The notes under the pieces: model-generated
What the model saw: only the letters and a program-made list of their open reading frames with translations
Told to the model about the DNA's origin: nothing
The model's database searches: none
Shown: in pieces, positions 8,913-22,259 of the stretch
How positions within the stretch are numbered: position 1 is the stretch's first letter
Layout of the letters: each line of letters opens with the position of its first letter
Origin: an uncultured Gemmatimonadales bacterium
GTDB lineage: Bacteria; Gemmatimonadota; Gemmatimonadetes; Longimicrobiales; RSA9
Length of the DNA stretch: 64,000 nucleotides
Reading direction: 5' to 3'
NCBI GenBank assembly: GCA_963708135.1
Contig: OY970192.1
Coordinates: 3,744,001-3,808,000, forward strand
Made by a program: the position numbers and the translations under genes

Positions 8913-10544
8913 CTACCGGGTGAAATGGAAGTCGGCCGTCCGCTGCTGGCCGTCGGTGAACTGCAAGGTAAGGCGCCGGCAGGTGCCCGCCCATGCCTTC
9001 TGCGTCTTCCAGACGTAGGTGTACTGGTCGGTGGTCGGGTCGTAGGAGAGGCTGCTGCCCCCGGCCGTGACCGTCTCCGTCACGTCGCTGGTGGCGCCCG
9101 ATAGCTCACAGGCGATCGGCTCGGAGACCGGGGAGCCGGCAGCGAAGACGCCCAGGCCTCGATCCCCGCCCAGGCTGAACTTCACGGGGACGGCCCGGCC
9201 GCCTTTGACCTCGTTCAGCCCGGTGCCGATCGGGGCGAAGAAGCCCGTGAAGTCGAACCCGGTGGTCTCGAAGGCGCCAATGTCGCAGCCGGCGCCCTGC
9301 GGCCGGGTGACGTCGCGCTGATCCACGTGGATCGGGTCGCCACAGCCGTTCGTGCCGGCCGGGATGGCATCGATGGCCGGGCTGCCGGTCTCGAGGGCGA
9401 TCGTCGGCGTGGGTCCGCCGTTGTCCTGCAGGCCGGCGGGGTCGAGCTGCGGGTCCGTTGGCCACTGCGAGGTCGCCGCGCTGAGGCCGCACGTCGTCCC
9501 GTCCTCCAGGTTGTAGCCGTCATCGATGGGCGCGCCGGCCGAGCAGTTGCCGCCAATGTTCCCGCTGAGGATCGTGTTGGCGAGGTGCGTGGTCCCCTCC
9601 TTGACCTCGATCCCGCCCCCACTGCCCGCGTCGGCGGTGTTCCCGGCAATGGTGCTGCTCAGGATCGTGAGCTCTGTGAATTCGCTGTAGATTCCGGCGC
9701 CCTCGGGGGCGCTGTTGCCGGCGATGGTGCTGTTTGTGATCGTAGCCAGCGTGCCTTCGACCCCCCCAATGCCGCCGATCTCGAGCGAACCGCTGTTGCC
9801 GGAGATCGTGCTGTTGAGGATCGTGAGGTCGGCGTACAGCGAGAAGAGCCCTCCCGCTACCGTTGCGTCGTTGTCCCGGATGATGCTGTGCGTGATCGTG
9901 GAACGCCCGCCCACGCTGCCGATTCCGCCTCCGTATCCGTCAACAGAGTGATTGTCCGCCACCGTGGTATGATCCACCGTCAGCGCGCCGGCGGCGTTGA
10001 AGATGCCCCCTCCGAGCACTTCCTCCCCGGTGTTGCCCGATATGACGCTGTAGCTGACCGTCAGGGTCCCCTCGTTCTTGATGCCACTGCCACCATCATC
10101 CGTGCCACCGTAGATGGAGCCGCCGGTGATGGTGAGGCCGGAGATCGAGGCCGTCGTGCCTTTGGTGACGTGGAAGATCCGGAACTCATGCGTCCCCTCC
10201 GGGTCGACTCGATCCACGGTGAGCTGGTCGGCGCCGGGTCCCTGGATGCTCACGTCGCGGTCGAGGTCGAGCTCGCCCCTCTCGTTGTCGAGCACGATCG
10301 TGCCGGTCACGGTGAAGGTGATGGTGGCGCCGGGATCGGCGAGGGCGAGGGCGTCGCGCAGCGTGCAACCGGCATCGGTGCACGTGCCGTCGCCATCGTC
10401 GGCGAGGCTGTTGACAACCGGTGCGCCCGGCACCTCGGTAAAGGAGGGCCGCGCCGCGGGAACGGCGGTAGGCAGCTCGCGGTCGGCGCAGCCGGCGAGG
10501 GCAGCCAGGGCGAGGGGGAGCACGAGAAGGACGGGAGCTCGCAT
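8913..10544 (-). CDS. Surface lipoprotein: CSLREA-like motif, beta-helix repeats, choice-of-anchor-Q-like region, PxKF-like C-terminal domain
   Basis: LAGC lipobox; CTLRDA; GGGI/NSTISGN repeats; NGGPTPT...SPAIDA...DQR...CDIGAFE; FTGFFAP...PVKFSL...YTYVWKT. Confidence 0.82.
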   Translation of the reverse strand: MRAPVLLVLPLALAALAGCADRELPTAVPAARPSFTEVPGAPVVNSLADDGDGTCTDAGCTLRDALALADPGATITFTVTGTIVLDNERGELDLDRDVSIQGPGADQLTVDRVDPEGTHEFRIFHVTKGTTASISGLTITGGSIYGGTDDGGSGIKNEGTLTVSYSVISGNTGEEVLGGGIFNAAGALTVDHTTVADNHSVDGYGGGIGSVGGRSTITHSIIRDNDATVAGGLFSLYADLTILNSTISGNSGSLEIGGIGGVEGTLATITNSTIAGNSAPEGAGIYSEFTELTILSSTIAGNTADAGSGGGIEVKEGTTHLANTILSGNIGGNCSAGAPIDDGYNLEDGTTCGLSAATSQWPTDPQLDPAGLQDNGGPTPTIALETGSPAIDAIPAGTNGCGDPIHVDQRDVTRPQGAGCDIGAFETTGFDFTGFFAPIGTGLNEVKGGRAVPVKFSLGGDRGLGVFAAGSPVSEPIACELSGATSDVTETVTAGGSSLSYDPTTDQYTYVWKTQKAWAGTCRRLTLQFTDGQQRTADFHFTR

Positions 10545-10793
10545 GATGTTCTCCGACAGTTGGTGGTTGTGGACCGACGGCCCGGCGGGGGCCGTGCGGC
10601 AACCGCTCCCGGCATCGTGAGAGCGTGGCCTCCACAGGGCACTACGCAACCCTGTCGGTTCGGGGATCATCGGCTCGGTCAACTCCGCGCGAACCCTGTT
10701 GCGGTGTGCGTGCACGGCGGCGATCTTGGACCGATCCCGCCACGGCTCTTCCAGCAGACCCTTCGAAGCGGAACGGAAGGAACGAGCACGCCA

Positions 10794-11359
10794 ATGCCTG
10801 GCTCGGATTCCAGCGACATCACCGACCTGCTCCGCGTCGCGCGTGCGGGCGACCGCGAGGCGCTGGAGGCGGTGTTCACGCGGGTCTACGGCGAGCTGCG
10901 CGAGCTGGCGCACTGGGTCCGCCGGGGCCGGGCGGGAGAGACGCTTTCGACGACCGTGCTGGTCCACGAGGCGTACCTGAAGCTGGTGCCGGGCGCCGGG
11001 CTCGATGTGCGCGACCGCCGCCACTTCTTCGCCGTGGCGGCGCGTGCCATGCGGCAGGTGCTGGTGGATGCGGCGCGGCGCGCGGGGGCAGCGAAGCGCG
11101 GTGGCGGCGCGCCGCTGATCACCCTCAATGCCGCGGCCGACGTGGCCGCCATGCGGCCGGAGCGGCTGCTGGCGCTGGACGAGGCGCTGGCGCGGCTGGC
11201 CCAGCTCGATGAGCGGCAGTCGCGGGTGATCGAATACCGCTTCTTCGCCGGGCTCTCGGTCGAGGAGGTGGCGCAGGTCCTGGGGGTCTCCGCTCCCACG
11301 GTGAAGCGGGACTGGCGGGTGGCGCGGGCGTGGATCCTGACGGAGCTCGAGGCCGCGTC

Positions 11360-11363
<4 letters not shown>
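10794..11363 (+). CDS. ECF sigma factor, TIGR02999 (Sigma70_ECF) type
   Basis: ITDLL...YGELRELA...TLSTTVLVHEAYLKL...AARAMRQVLVDAAR...AAKRGG...RFFAGLS...TVKRDW. Confidence 0.92.
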
Positions 11364-14620
<3,257 letters not shown>

Positions 14621-14624
14621 GCGA

Positions 14625-14677
14625 CGGGCGTGTGAAACGGGCATGCCGGAGCCGGCATGCCCGTTTCGCATCGCCCG
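14625..14677. terminator. Strong hairpin between convergent genes (probable bidirectional terminator)
   Basis: GAAACGGGCATGCCGG-AG-CCGGCATGCCCGTTTC is a perfect 16-bp inverted repeat, extendable outward. Confidence 0.75.
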
Positions 14678-14689
14678 AGCGAGCCGCCT

Positions 14690-17600
14690 CTACGAGGCCG
14701 GCCGCAGCGTGTTCGCCTTTCCCGTGGCCGCTTCGAGCTTCGCCTCTCCCTCCGCCGCTTCCTTTGCCAGCTGCCGGTAGACCGCCTGCTGCGCCGGCGT
14801 GGGGCGGGCGTAGGCCAGGTCGATGTCGGCGGCCAGGTAGGCCAGGTGGCTGCGCAGCAGCGTCTCATGCAGCAGGCTGCCCTCGCTGGAGTGCAGGTCG
14901 AGCTGCACGAGCTGGCCAATGGCGTCGTTCAGCGCCGCGAGCGCGCGCGCGGCGTCGGAGCCGGCTCCCTTCGAGGCCTTGCCCGGCGCGGCTTTCGCGC
15001 CGCGGCTGCGGGCGGCCGCGCGGCTTGCGGCGCCACCCTGCCCTTGCGCGCCGGCCGCGCCCGTGCCCACTGCCTCTGCCAGCGCGTCCCGCGCCTCGAT
15101 CGCGCGATTGAGCGCGGTGTCCAGCGTGTCGAGCGTGCCGTGGATGCGGAGCTGCAGGGCGAGGCGGGCCTGCAGGTCGGCGGGCGTGGCCTTCACGCGA
15201 GGGTCGAGCGTGACCTCGAAGGGCTTGCGCAACGTCTGCCCGCCGTAGCTCAGCTCGACCGTGTACGTGCCGGGGGCGACGACGGGGCCGTCCACCTCAT
15301 CCGGCAGCCCGCCGGCGGCAATGGGCGGCTCGAAGCCGGTCACCTCGGTGGCATCGGCGTAGCGCAGGTCCCATTGGAAGCGGTTCATGCCGGGCTCGGC
15401 GGCGGTGTGGCGGCGGTCGCGGAAGGCCTTCCGCTCGGTGGGCGTGCCCTGCTCGGCGATGCGGGTGCTGTCCTCCTTCGAGACCTTCTCCTTCGGGTGC
15501 AGCGTGAAGCTGCGCACGAGCTTCCCCTGCGCGTTCTCGAAGGAGAGCTTCACCGGCGTGCTCCCATCCCAGCTCTCCGGGAGGTGGAAGTAGACCGTGG
15601 CGCCGAAGGGCGGGTTCTTTCCGGCGTCGTGGCCGCCGTATCCACCCGCGCCGTAGGCGTGGCTGAGCCAGGCGCGCTCGGGGGCGAAGAGGGCGGCGGC
15701 ATCGCCCGCGACGGGCGGCTGCCTCGTCGCCTGCTCGAGGAGGGTGAGGTCATCGAGGACCCAGAAGGCGCGCCCGTGCGTGGCGGCGGCCACCATGCCC
15801 TGGCGCGTGTCGATCGCCAGGTCGCGCACCTGGACCGTCGGCAGGTTCAGCGCGAGCGGCTGCCAGTGCGCGCCGCGGTCGAGGCTCACGTAGACCGTGC
15901 TCTTCGTCCCCGCGAACAGCAGGTCGGCATCGTTCGGGTCCTGCCGGACGGCCATGACGTACTCGTCGCCCGGGATCCCGTCCGTGATCGCGGTCCAGTG
16001 CGCGCCGTAGTCTGTGGTCCTGAAGACGTACGGCTTGAAGTCGTCCCACATGTAGCGCCGCACGGCCAGGTAGGCGGCGGCCGGGTCGGCGTGGTCGGGG
16101 TCGATGGCGCTCGTATAGAAGGCGTGCGGCAGCCCGGGCGGGGTCACGTCGGTCCAGCTCTTCCCGCCATCCTTCGTTACGTGCACGAGCCCGTCATCAG
16201 AGCCGGCCCAGATCACGCCCGCGTCCTTCGGCGAGGGGGCGATGGCGGAGACGGTGGCGTAGATCTCGGCGCCGGACTGGTCGAGGTCAACCGGCCCGCC
16301 GCTGGGCGCCTCGGTCTTCGCCTCGTCGCGCGTGAGGTCGGGGCTCACGGTCTGCCACGTCGCGCCGTGGTCCATGCTCTTCATGACGTACTGCGAGCCG
16401 ACGAGCAGCTCGCTCGGGTCGGCGGGCGAGAAGACGATCGGGTGCGTCCAGGCGAAGCGGTACTTCAGCTCTCCCGAGGACGCGCCCTCCTGGTATCTCG
16501 GCCACGGGCTCGCGCTGCTCAGCTCGCCGGTGCGCTGGTCCTTCTTCAGGAAGATGCTGAAGTAGCCGCTGCCGTAGGTGACGTCCGGGTTGCCGGGCTC
16601 CGGCACGGACGGCGTGCTCTCGCCGTAGGCGGTCTCGTGCCACGCGTCGAGGCCGATCGAGCCGCCGGGGCTCGCGCTCGGCCCCTCCGTCGCGCCCTCG
16701 TCCTGCTGCGCGCCGTAGATGTGGAACGGGAAGCGGTCGTCGATGTTCACGTGGTAGAACTGCCCGGTGGGCTGGTTGTGCTCGCCGCTCCACGTCTTGC
16801 CGCTGTCGGTCGAAACCGTGGCACCGCCGTCGTTGCCCTCGAGCATGATGTCGGGGTGCTCGGGGTTCACCCAGATGATGTGGTTGTCCCCGTGCGGCGG
16901 GCGCACGCGCTTGAACGTCTTCCCTCCGTCATGCGACGTGTACACCCCATCCACCTGCGGCATGTACACGGTGTTCGGGTCCGTCGGGTTCACCGTGATG
17001 GCCATGTAGTAGAACGCGCGCTGGCGCAGCTTCATCTCGTCGTTCACGCGCGTCCAGGTCGCGCCCGCGTCGTCGGAGCGGAAGACACCGCCGTCGCGGG
17101 CCTGGATGGCCGCGTAGACCACGTTCGGGGCGCTCGGTGCGACGGCCACGCCGATCTTGCCAAGAGGACCCGCCGGCAGGCCCGGTCTCTTCGAGATGTT
17201 CGTCCAGTGCTCGCCGCCATCCGTGCTCTTGTAGGTGCCGCTGCCCGCCCCGCCGCTCTGCAGCGTCCACGGCGTGCGATACGCCTGCCAGGTGGCGGCG
17301 TAGAGGATGTCGGGGTTGGTGGGGTCCATGACCAGGCTGACCGCACCCGTGCTGTCGTTCACGAACAGCACCTTGCGCCAGGTCCTGCCGCCGTCCGTGG
17401 ACTTGAAGACGCCGCGGTGCGGGCCGGGCACGAAGACGTGGCCCATGGACGCGGCGTAGACGACGTTCTCATCCCGCGGGTCCACCACCAGCGCCATGGT
17501 CGTGTGCGTGTCCTCGAGCCCGGCCGCGTGCCAGGTCTTGCCGGCATCGTCGGAGCGGAAGACGCCATCACCCGTGATCATGTCGCCGCGGATGTCCGCC

Positions 17601-18004
17601 TCGCCGGTGCCGGCGTAGATCACCTTCGCGTTCGACGGCGCCACGGCCAGCGCGCCGATGCTCTGGCTCGAGCCGGGCAGCGTGCTGTCCGAGATGTTCT
17701 TCCACTCGAGGCCGTAGTCCGTGCTCTTCCAGATGCCGCCGTCCACGGCGCCCATGTAGAAGAGGTTCGGCTCGGCCGGGACGCCCGCGATGGCCACGAC
17801 GCGCCCGCCGACGTACGGCCCGATGCTGCGCCACGCGAGCTTCGAGAGCGCCGGGCGGGCGGACGTGGCGCCCTGCGCGGCGGCGGGGGCGGGCATGACG
17901 CTCAGGGCAAAGAGGGTGGCGAGTGCACCGGCGAGCGCGGCGATGCGCGCGGGCGGCAGTGTGGCGTGGGCGTGGTGCCTCCGATGGTGGGTGAGAGGTC
18001 GCAT
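14690..18004 (-). CDS. Secreted VPS10/sortilin-like BNR-repeat beta-propeller protein (putative glycosyl hydrolase)
   Basis: Signal peptide; WRSIGPYVGGR; many SxDxGxTW Asp-boxes; HGDNH, NDGG, QFYH, ATHGR, GMNRFQWDLRY. Confidence 0.88.
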   Translation of the reverse strand: MRPLTHHRRHHAHATLPPARIAALAGALATLFALSVMPAPAAAQGATSARPALSKLAWRSIGPYVGGRVVAIAGVPAEPNLFYMGAVDGGIWKSTDYGLEWKNISDSTLPGSSQSIGALAVAPSNAKVIYAGTGEADIRGDMITGDGVFRSDDAGKTWHAAGLEDTHTTMALVVDPRDENVVYAASMGHVFVPGPHRGVFKSTDGGRTWRKVLFVNDSTGAVSLVMDPTNPDILYAATWQAYRTPWTLQSGGAGSGTYKSTDGGEHWTNISKRPGLPAGPLGKIGVAVAPSAPNVVYAAIQARDGGVFRSDDAGATWTRVNDEMKLRQRAFYYMAITVNPTDPNTVYMPQVDGVYTSHDGGKTFKRVRPPHGDNHIIWVNPEHPDIMLEGNDGGATVSTDSGKTWSGEHNQPTGQFYHVNIDDRFPFHIYGAQQDEGATEGPSASPGGSIGLDAWHETAYGESTPSVPEPGNPDVTYGSGYFSIFLKKDQRTGELSSASPWPRYQEGASSGELKYRFAWTHPIVFSPADPSELLVGSQYVMKSMDHGATWQTVSPDLTRDEAKTEAPSGGPVDLDQSGAEIYATVSAIAPSPKDAGVIWAGSDDGLVHVTKDGGKSWTDVTPPGLPHAFYTSAIDPDHADPAAAYLAVRRYMWDDFKPYVFRTTDYGAHWTAITDGIPGDEYVMAVRQDPNDADLLFAGTKSTVYVSLDRGAHWQPLALNLPTVQVRDLAIDTRQGMVAAATHGRAFWVLDDLTLLEQATRQPPVAGDAAALFAPERAWLSHAYGAGGYGGHDAGKNPPFGATVYFHLPESWDGSTPVKLSFENAQGKLVRSFTLHPKEKVSKEDSTRIAEQGTPTERKAFRDRRHTAAEPGMNRFQWDLRYADATEVTGFEPPIAAGGLPDEVDGPVVAPGTYTVELSYGGQTLRKPFEVTLDPRVKATPADLQARLALQLRIHGTLDTLDTALNRAIEARDALAEAVGTGAAGAQGQGGAASRAAARSRGAKAAPGKASKGAGSDAARALAALNDAIGQLVQLDLHSSEGSLLHETLLRSHLAYLAADIDLAYARPTPAQQAVYRQLAKEAAEGEAKLEAATGKANTLRPAS

Positions 18005-18234
18005 GACTCCATCTCCTCCAAGTGCGCGCCAGGGATACGCGGCCGGGCGCGCAGGGGGTGCGGCCCTGCGCGTGGTCCGGGACGTCGGACTGCACGGGAG
18101 TGAATGGGGCAAGGTATGCGGGGCCGCGCGGGCCAGGCAACCCGTCGTCCTCGGAGCCGCCGGCGTGGCGCGGCGGCATGGCACGGCATATGAACGCCCG
18201 GAGGCCAGCTACTCGCCGCAGTGCAGGAGACCTC

Positions 18235-18894
18235 ATGATGAAGATCGGCATCATCGGCGCCGGCCACATCGGCGGCACGCTCACGCGCCGGCTCTCGGCG
18301 CTCGGCCACGACGTCGCCGTCGCGAACTCGCGCGGGCCGGACACGCTCGCCGACCTTGCCGCCGAGACCGGCGCGACCGCCGTGACGGCCCGGAACGCCA
18401 CGCGCCGCCGGGACGTCGTGATCGTGGCCATTCCGGAGGCGGCGGTGCCGGACCTGCCGGACGAGCTGTTCGAGAGCGTGGCGGACGACGTCGCCATCGT
18501 GGACACGGGGAACTATTACCCGCAACGGGACGGGCGCATCCCCGCGATCGAGGAGGGGGTGCCGGAGAGCCGCTGGGTGTCGCAGCAGCTCGGCCGGCCC
18601 GTCGTGAAGGCGTTCAACACCATCCGCGCGGGCGACCTCGCGGCGCTCGGCCGGCCCGCGGGCACGCCGGACCGCATCGGGCTGCCGGTCGCCGGCGATG
18701 AAGCCGAGCAGAAGCAGCTCGTCATGCGGCTCGTCGAGGATCTCGGGTTCGACGCCGTGGACGCGGGAGAGCTGGACGACTCGTGGCGCCAGCAGCCGGG
18801 CACGCCCGTCTACGCCGCCAACCTCAATGCCGTCGGCGTGCGGCACGCGCTCGCGCAGGTTAAGCCGGGGCGGCCAGCGGGTTTCCGGGCGTGA
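18235..18894 (+). CDS. NADP oxidoreductase (F420_oxidored-like family)
   Basis: KIGIIGAGHIG, ANSRGP, DTGNYYPQRDG, VVKAFNTI, SWRQQPGTPVY; GGAG RBS. Confidence 0.88.
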   Translation: MMKIGIIGAGHIGGTLTRRLSALGHDVAVANSRGPDTLADLAAETGATAVTARNATRRRDVVIVAIPEAAVPDLPDELFESVADDVAIVDTGNYYPQRDGRIPAIEEGVPESRWVSQQLGRPVVKAFNTIRAGDLAALGRPAGTPDRIGLPVAGDEAEQKQLVMRLVEDLGFDAVDAGELDDSWRQQPGTPVYAANLNAVGVRHALAQVKPGRPAGFRA

Positions 18895-19012
18895 CCGCGG
18901 AGCCTGATCGTAGAACCACTGTGCACGCTCGAGGCGGTCGAGACCTTACGCCTCCGGCTGCCGCTCTTGCGACCAGCAGCCGGACCAAACTCCGCCAGGA
19001 AACCGGTACCCA

Positions 19013-19499
19013 TCACGGCCGGGCGACGAACGTGTTCTGAGCGGCCAGCACCTTCCAGGCTCCGTTTCGGCGCTCCATTATGTGCTTGAGATGATTGTGC
19101 AGCACACCCTCCGCATCAGCGGGGCTACCGGGCGGGAGCTGGCGGACACCCGACAGGTCGGCATCAAAGTCCACCATCATGAAGTTGGGTCCCAGTATGC
19201 GGATGCGCCGCACCTTGCCGCTGATGTGGCTCCCCTTGAAAATTCCGGCCCAGAGATCGACGTGCTCCTGCACGATCGCCGCTCGCCCCCGACTGATCGA
19301 CTAGCTCTGCGTCGGGCCAGTAGTTCTCGCCATAGGCGGCTCCATCGGCGTGGTTGCAGGAATCCACGAAGCGGGCCACCATGGCCTCGGCCGCCTGCCC
19401 GGCCTCCTTCGGGACGGGAGGATCGCTCTGCGCAGCCGCGGCGGAAGCGCAAAGAACGCCGAGCAGCAGAGCGCTAACGAGCCTCGAAGCGCGTTGCAC
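19013..19499 (-). pseudogene. Frameshifted secreted NTF2/SnoaL-like (SgcJ/EcaC-type) protein
   Basis: GAGGAGG RBS + GTG; signal peptide and ...FVDSCNHADGAAYGENYWPDAELVDQSG in one frame, RAAIVQEHVDLWAGIFKGS...WKVLAAQNT in another; break near 19286. Confidence 0.7.
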
Positions 19500-19546
19500 T
19501 CCACACCTCCTCGATTCAGCGAGTCCAGTCGGGTGGTCACCGATTT

Positions 19547-20464
19547 CTACGATTGGCGCGTGTCCTCGATCCACCGGAGCATGTTGCCGAGATCGTGAGC
19601 CCAGAAAAGCGCGAGCCCTCGGTTCTGCGCGTCCTCCAGGTTGCGGAGTTTGTAGACCCCGCTGAGCACTGCCGCGGGCACGACGTGTCGAGTGCCGAAG
19701 TCCTGCCGCCAGGCCTCGGCCTTGGCCGCCGCGTCGTTGTTCAGGCGCTTGACGGAGTTCGTGGCGCTGTTCGATACCTTGCATTCCAACGGCATTACCC
19801 GCCCACCCCACAACCCCACAATGAAATCGGCCTTGCGAGACCCTAGCAAGCTCTCGCGGCAGAACTGGCCGCGTCCGGGCGCATCGGCCAGCGTGTTCAC
19901 GGGCCGAGTCGGTGATTTCTGGAGGCGTGCTCCGAGCAACGCGGCTTCGACGCGTTCTTCCTGCTGGACCTTGCCGGCACTCCGCCGCTTGGTGCCGACG
20001 CGCCTCGTTGCCATAAGAGCAGCGGAGGCTAGCACGGCCGCGCGGCGTTCGGCTTCTGTTGCCTCGCGGGCGTCCGCAAGCCAGGGGAATCGGCGGCGAT
20101 CCAGTCCGATCAGCACCGTCTGGATAATCCGGTGCACCAGTGCGGGGTCCCGTTCCAGCCGTTTCGGATTCAAGGACGGCGCGGACGCGAGGGTCTTGAG
20201 GTCGTCCTCAGAAATCGGGGGCGCAGCGACGTACCGAACCACCTCCAATAAAGACCTGTCGGTGAGGATCGCCAGCGCCTGCTGCTCGATCGTCGTGAGG
20301 TCCACTGTCGCTTCGAGGAGATCCTCGGCCCTGCCGAGGTACTCATCAAATGCTTCCAGATAGTCTTCAAGGGGTTCCCTCATTCGCTCCGTGCGGAATT
20401 CGTCGATCGATTCCCGGCGCCACCTTTCCAGATCCTCGGAGCCGACCCGTGGCGGATCGATCAC
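19547..20464 (-). CDS. XamI-family type II restriction endonuclease
   Basis: IDPPR...FRTERMREPLEDY, PPISEDDLKTLA, LDRRRFPW, KADFIV, ECKVSNSATNSVKRLNNDAAAKA; GTG start overlaps the MTase stop. Confidence 0.85.
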   Translation of the reverse strand: MIDPPRVGSEDLERWRRESIDEFRTERMREPLEDYLEAFDEYLGRAEDLLEATVDLTTIEQQALAILTDRSLLEVVRYVAAPPISEDDLKTLASAPSLNPKRLERDPALVHRIIQTVLIGLDRRRFPWLADAREATEAERRAAVLASAALMATRRVGTKRRSAGKVQQEERVEAALLGARLQKSPTRPVNTLADAPGRGQFCRESLLGSRKADFIVGLWGGRVMPLECKVSNSATNSVKRLNNDAAAKAEAWRQDFGTRHVVPAAVLSGVYKLRNLEDAQNRGLALFWAHDLGNMLRWIEDTRQS

Positions 20465-22056
20465 GGGACGATTTCGCGCGCAAGGAGCTCCGGGCGGGGA
20501 ACGGGAATGCGCTCCATCTCGCGCGGCTCGAACTTCATGAGTCCCCCAGCATAGATCCTTCCCCTCGCAACCGCGCCTGCTTCCATCAGGCATTCTACAA
20601 GTCGGGCAAGAATCTCCGGCAACATCGGCTCGCGCGGATAGATCCCGTGCGCGATGTTGATGTAGCGGGCTCGGGCTTGGTTCAAGACGAAGGCGGGTGG
20701 CCTCCTCGCCATGTACGTCGCAATGATCGGCGGCGGCGGACGGAGCCCGACAGCCCACCAGGCGCGCCGGTGGCGGGCAACATAGCTGCGGTCGGCCCCA
20801 AGCGATCGGGCCCACGCGAGAAAGCGATCCACCGCAGCCCGGTATTCTCGCGGTATCTCGTCGAGTTCGACCGGGATATCGATCACCCGCCGCAGGTTTG
20901 CGGCGTCGGTGAGCGCACCGTCCAGGGCAAAGAGCTCACGCGCTTTCGTGACGGAAGGATAGAGGACGGAATCAGGAAGTCCTCGGCTCTGCGGTCCTTC
21001 GATCCAGACGCGGTTGGCCCCTGTCACTTGCCCGCGGTGAACGCGGCACAACTCTCCCAGCTCGACATACCCGGGCGCCAACGGAGGGGCCGAGCGGAGC
21101 AGGTGGGTCCACCTGGTTTCCGTTCTCAACCGCTCCCACCGCACCGCAGTCCCCGATCCGACTGGTGGGATCTGCTCGATGTGGTCGATACGCCGAAGCC
21201 GCACAGAGCGCGGCTTCGAGCCCACGCGGAACGTCGTGATCGCGGCGGTGACCGCTGCATCGGGAAACGGGCGAGCGGTCGGCTCCAAAACGGCGATGCT
21301 TTCGCCGCCAAGCGGACCGAGAAACAGTTCTCGGAGAAGCTTTCCGTAGTTCACGTCGAGCCACTCGGCGGCGGTGATGAAGCATCCGCGGTCGCCGCTC
21401 CGCGCGTGCAGCAGGGTCGCAACAAAGAAATAAACGTGGAGACCTGCGAGGCAGCTGGCGGTCAAGCCGAGCCTTTCCGCTTCTGTGGCGAACCAGGTCT
21501 TCCACTCCGCGGGGATCAGGTGATGCCGGACATAGGGTGGATTTCCAATGAAGAGCGTCCGGCCATCTATCGGATCGAGCAAGAGCCGCCGATAATCAGC
21601 GAGTCGAATCTGTGAGCGGTCGGCAAACCCGGCGGCGGCCAGGTTCGCCCGCGTCATCAGCGTCGCCACGGGATCCACATCTACCCCCACCAGCTTCGCT
21701 TCCGGGAAATGTCGCCCCGCCGACAGCAAGAACCGGCCCGAGCCGACGCCTGCATCCACGACCCGGGTGGGAGGGTCATCGCGGGCAGCCCACTCCAGCA
21801 TGGCGTCAACGATCACCCGAGGCGTGTAGACTGCTCCGAGGTGGCGGCGCTCGGCCGCCGTTCGAATCCTCGCGAAGGCATGGCCGAGAGGATCGTGTCC
21901 TTGAAGGATGCGCTGCCGCAGCTCGCTGACGCGCGCGGCCGAAAGGCGCGGCAGACCCTGCAGGAGCTCGCGTTCGGGCGCGGCCAACTCCGCTAGATGT
22001 TCAGGTGCCAGAGCGGCTGCAGACGCAAGCAGTTGCCGTTCAGTCTGAATGGCCAT
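20461..22056 (-). CDS. N6-adenine DNA methyltransferase (gamma class), partner of the XamI-family REase
   Basis: GAVYTP, motif I DAGVGSGRF, motif IV GNPPYVRH, C-terminal GRIYAGGLMKFEPREME. Confidence 0.9.
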   Translation of the reverse strand: MAIQTERQLLASAAALAPEHLAELAAPERELLQGLPRLSAARVSELRQRILQGHDPLGHAFARIRTAAERRHLGAVYTPRVIVDAMLEWAARDDPPTRVVDAGVGSGRFLLSAGRHFPEAKLVGVDVDPVATLMTRANLAAAGFADRSQIRLADYRRLLLDPIDGRTLFIGNPPYVRHHLIPAEWKTWFATEAERLGLTASCLAGLHVYFFVATLLHARSGDRGCFITAAEWLDVNYGKLLRELFLGPLGGESIAVLEPTARPFPDAAVTAAITTFRVGSKPRSVRLRRIDHIEQIPPVGSGTAVRWERLRTETRWTHLLRSAPPLAPGYVELGELCRVHRGQVTGANRVWIEGPQSRGLPDSVLYPSVTKARELFALDGALTDAANLRRVIDIPVELDEIPREYRAAVDRFLAWARSLGADRSYVARHRRAWWAVGLRPPPPIIATYMARRPPAFVLNQARARYINIAHGIYPREPMLPEILARLVECLMEAGAVARGRIYAGGLMKFEPREMERIPVPRPELLAREIVP

Positions 22057-22259
22057 GTCGGTCAGCGCAGGGGTTTGGCGGGTTGAATGCTCGTCCGCAG
22101 ATCTCCGCTACAGGGTAGCAGGAGTACACCCATCGGGGCAACGCTGCCGACTGGCTGCCGCCGGCCCGCCCCTTCTGATCCCGCTCGACCATTCGCCACT
22201 GTGCGCGGACCGCAGCGCCTCGATATCTTCTCGGCGCCGATCTGCCGAGGGGAGGCGAC

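Noticed and set aside
14657..18103. Long antisense or alternate-frame ORFs (also 4916-7549, 43437-45914, 59501-61387 and others)
   Set aside because: Shadows of real genes caused by stop-codon scarcity at high GC; Arg/Ala/Pro-rich with no motifs.
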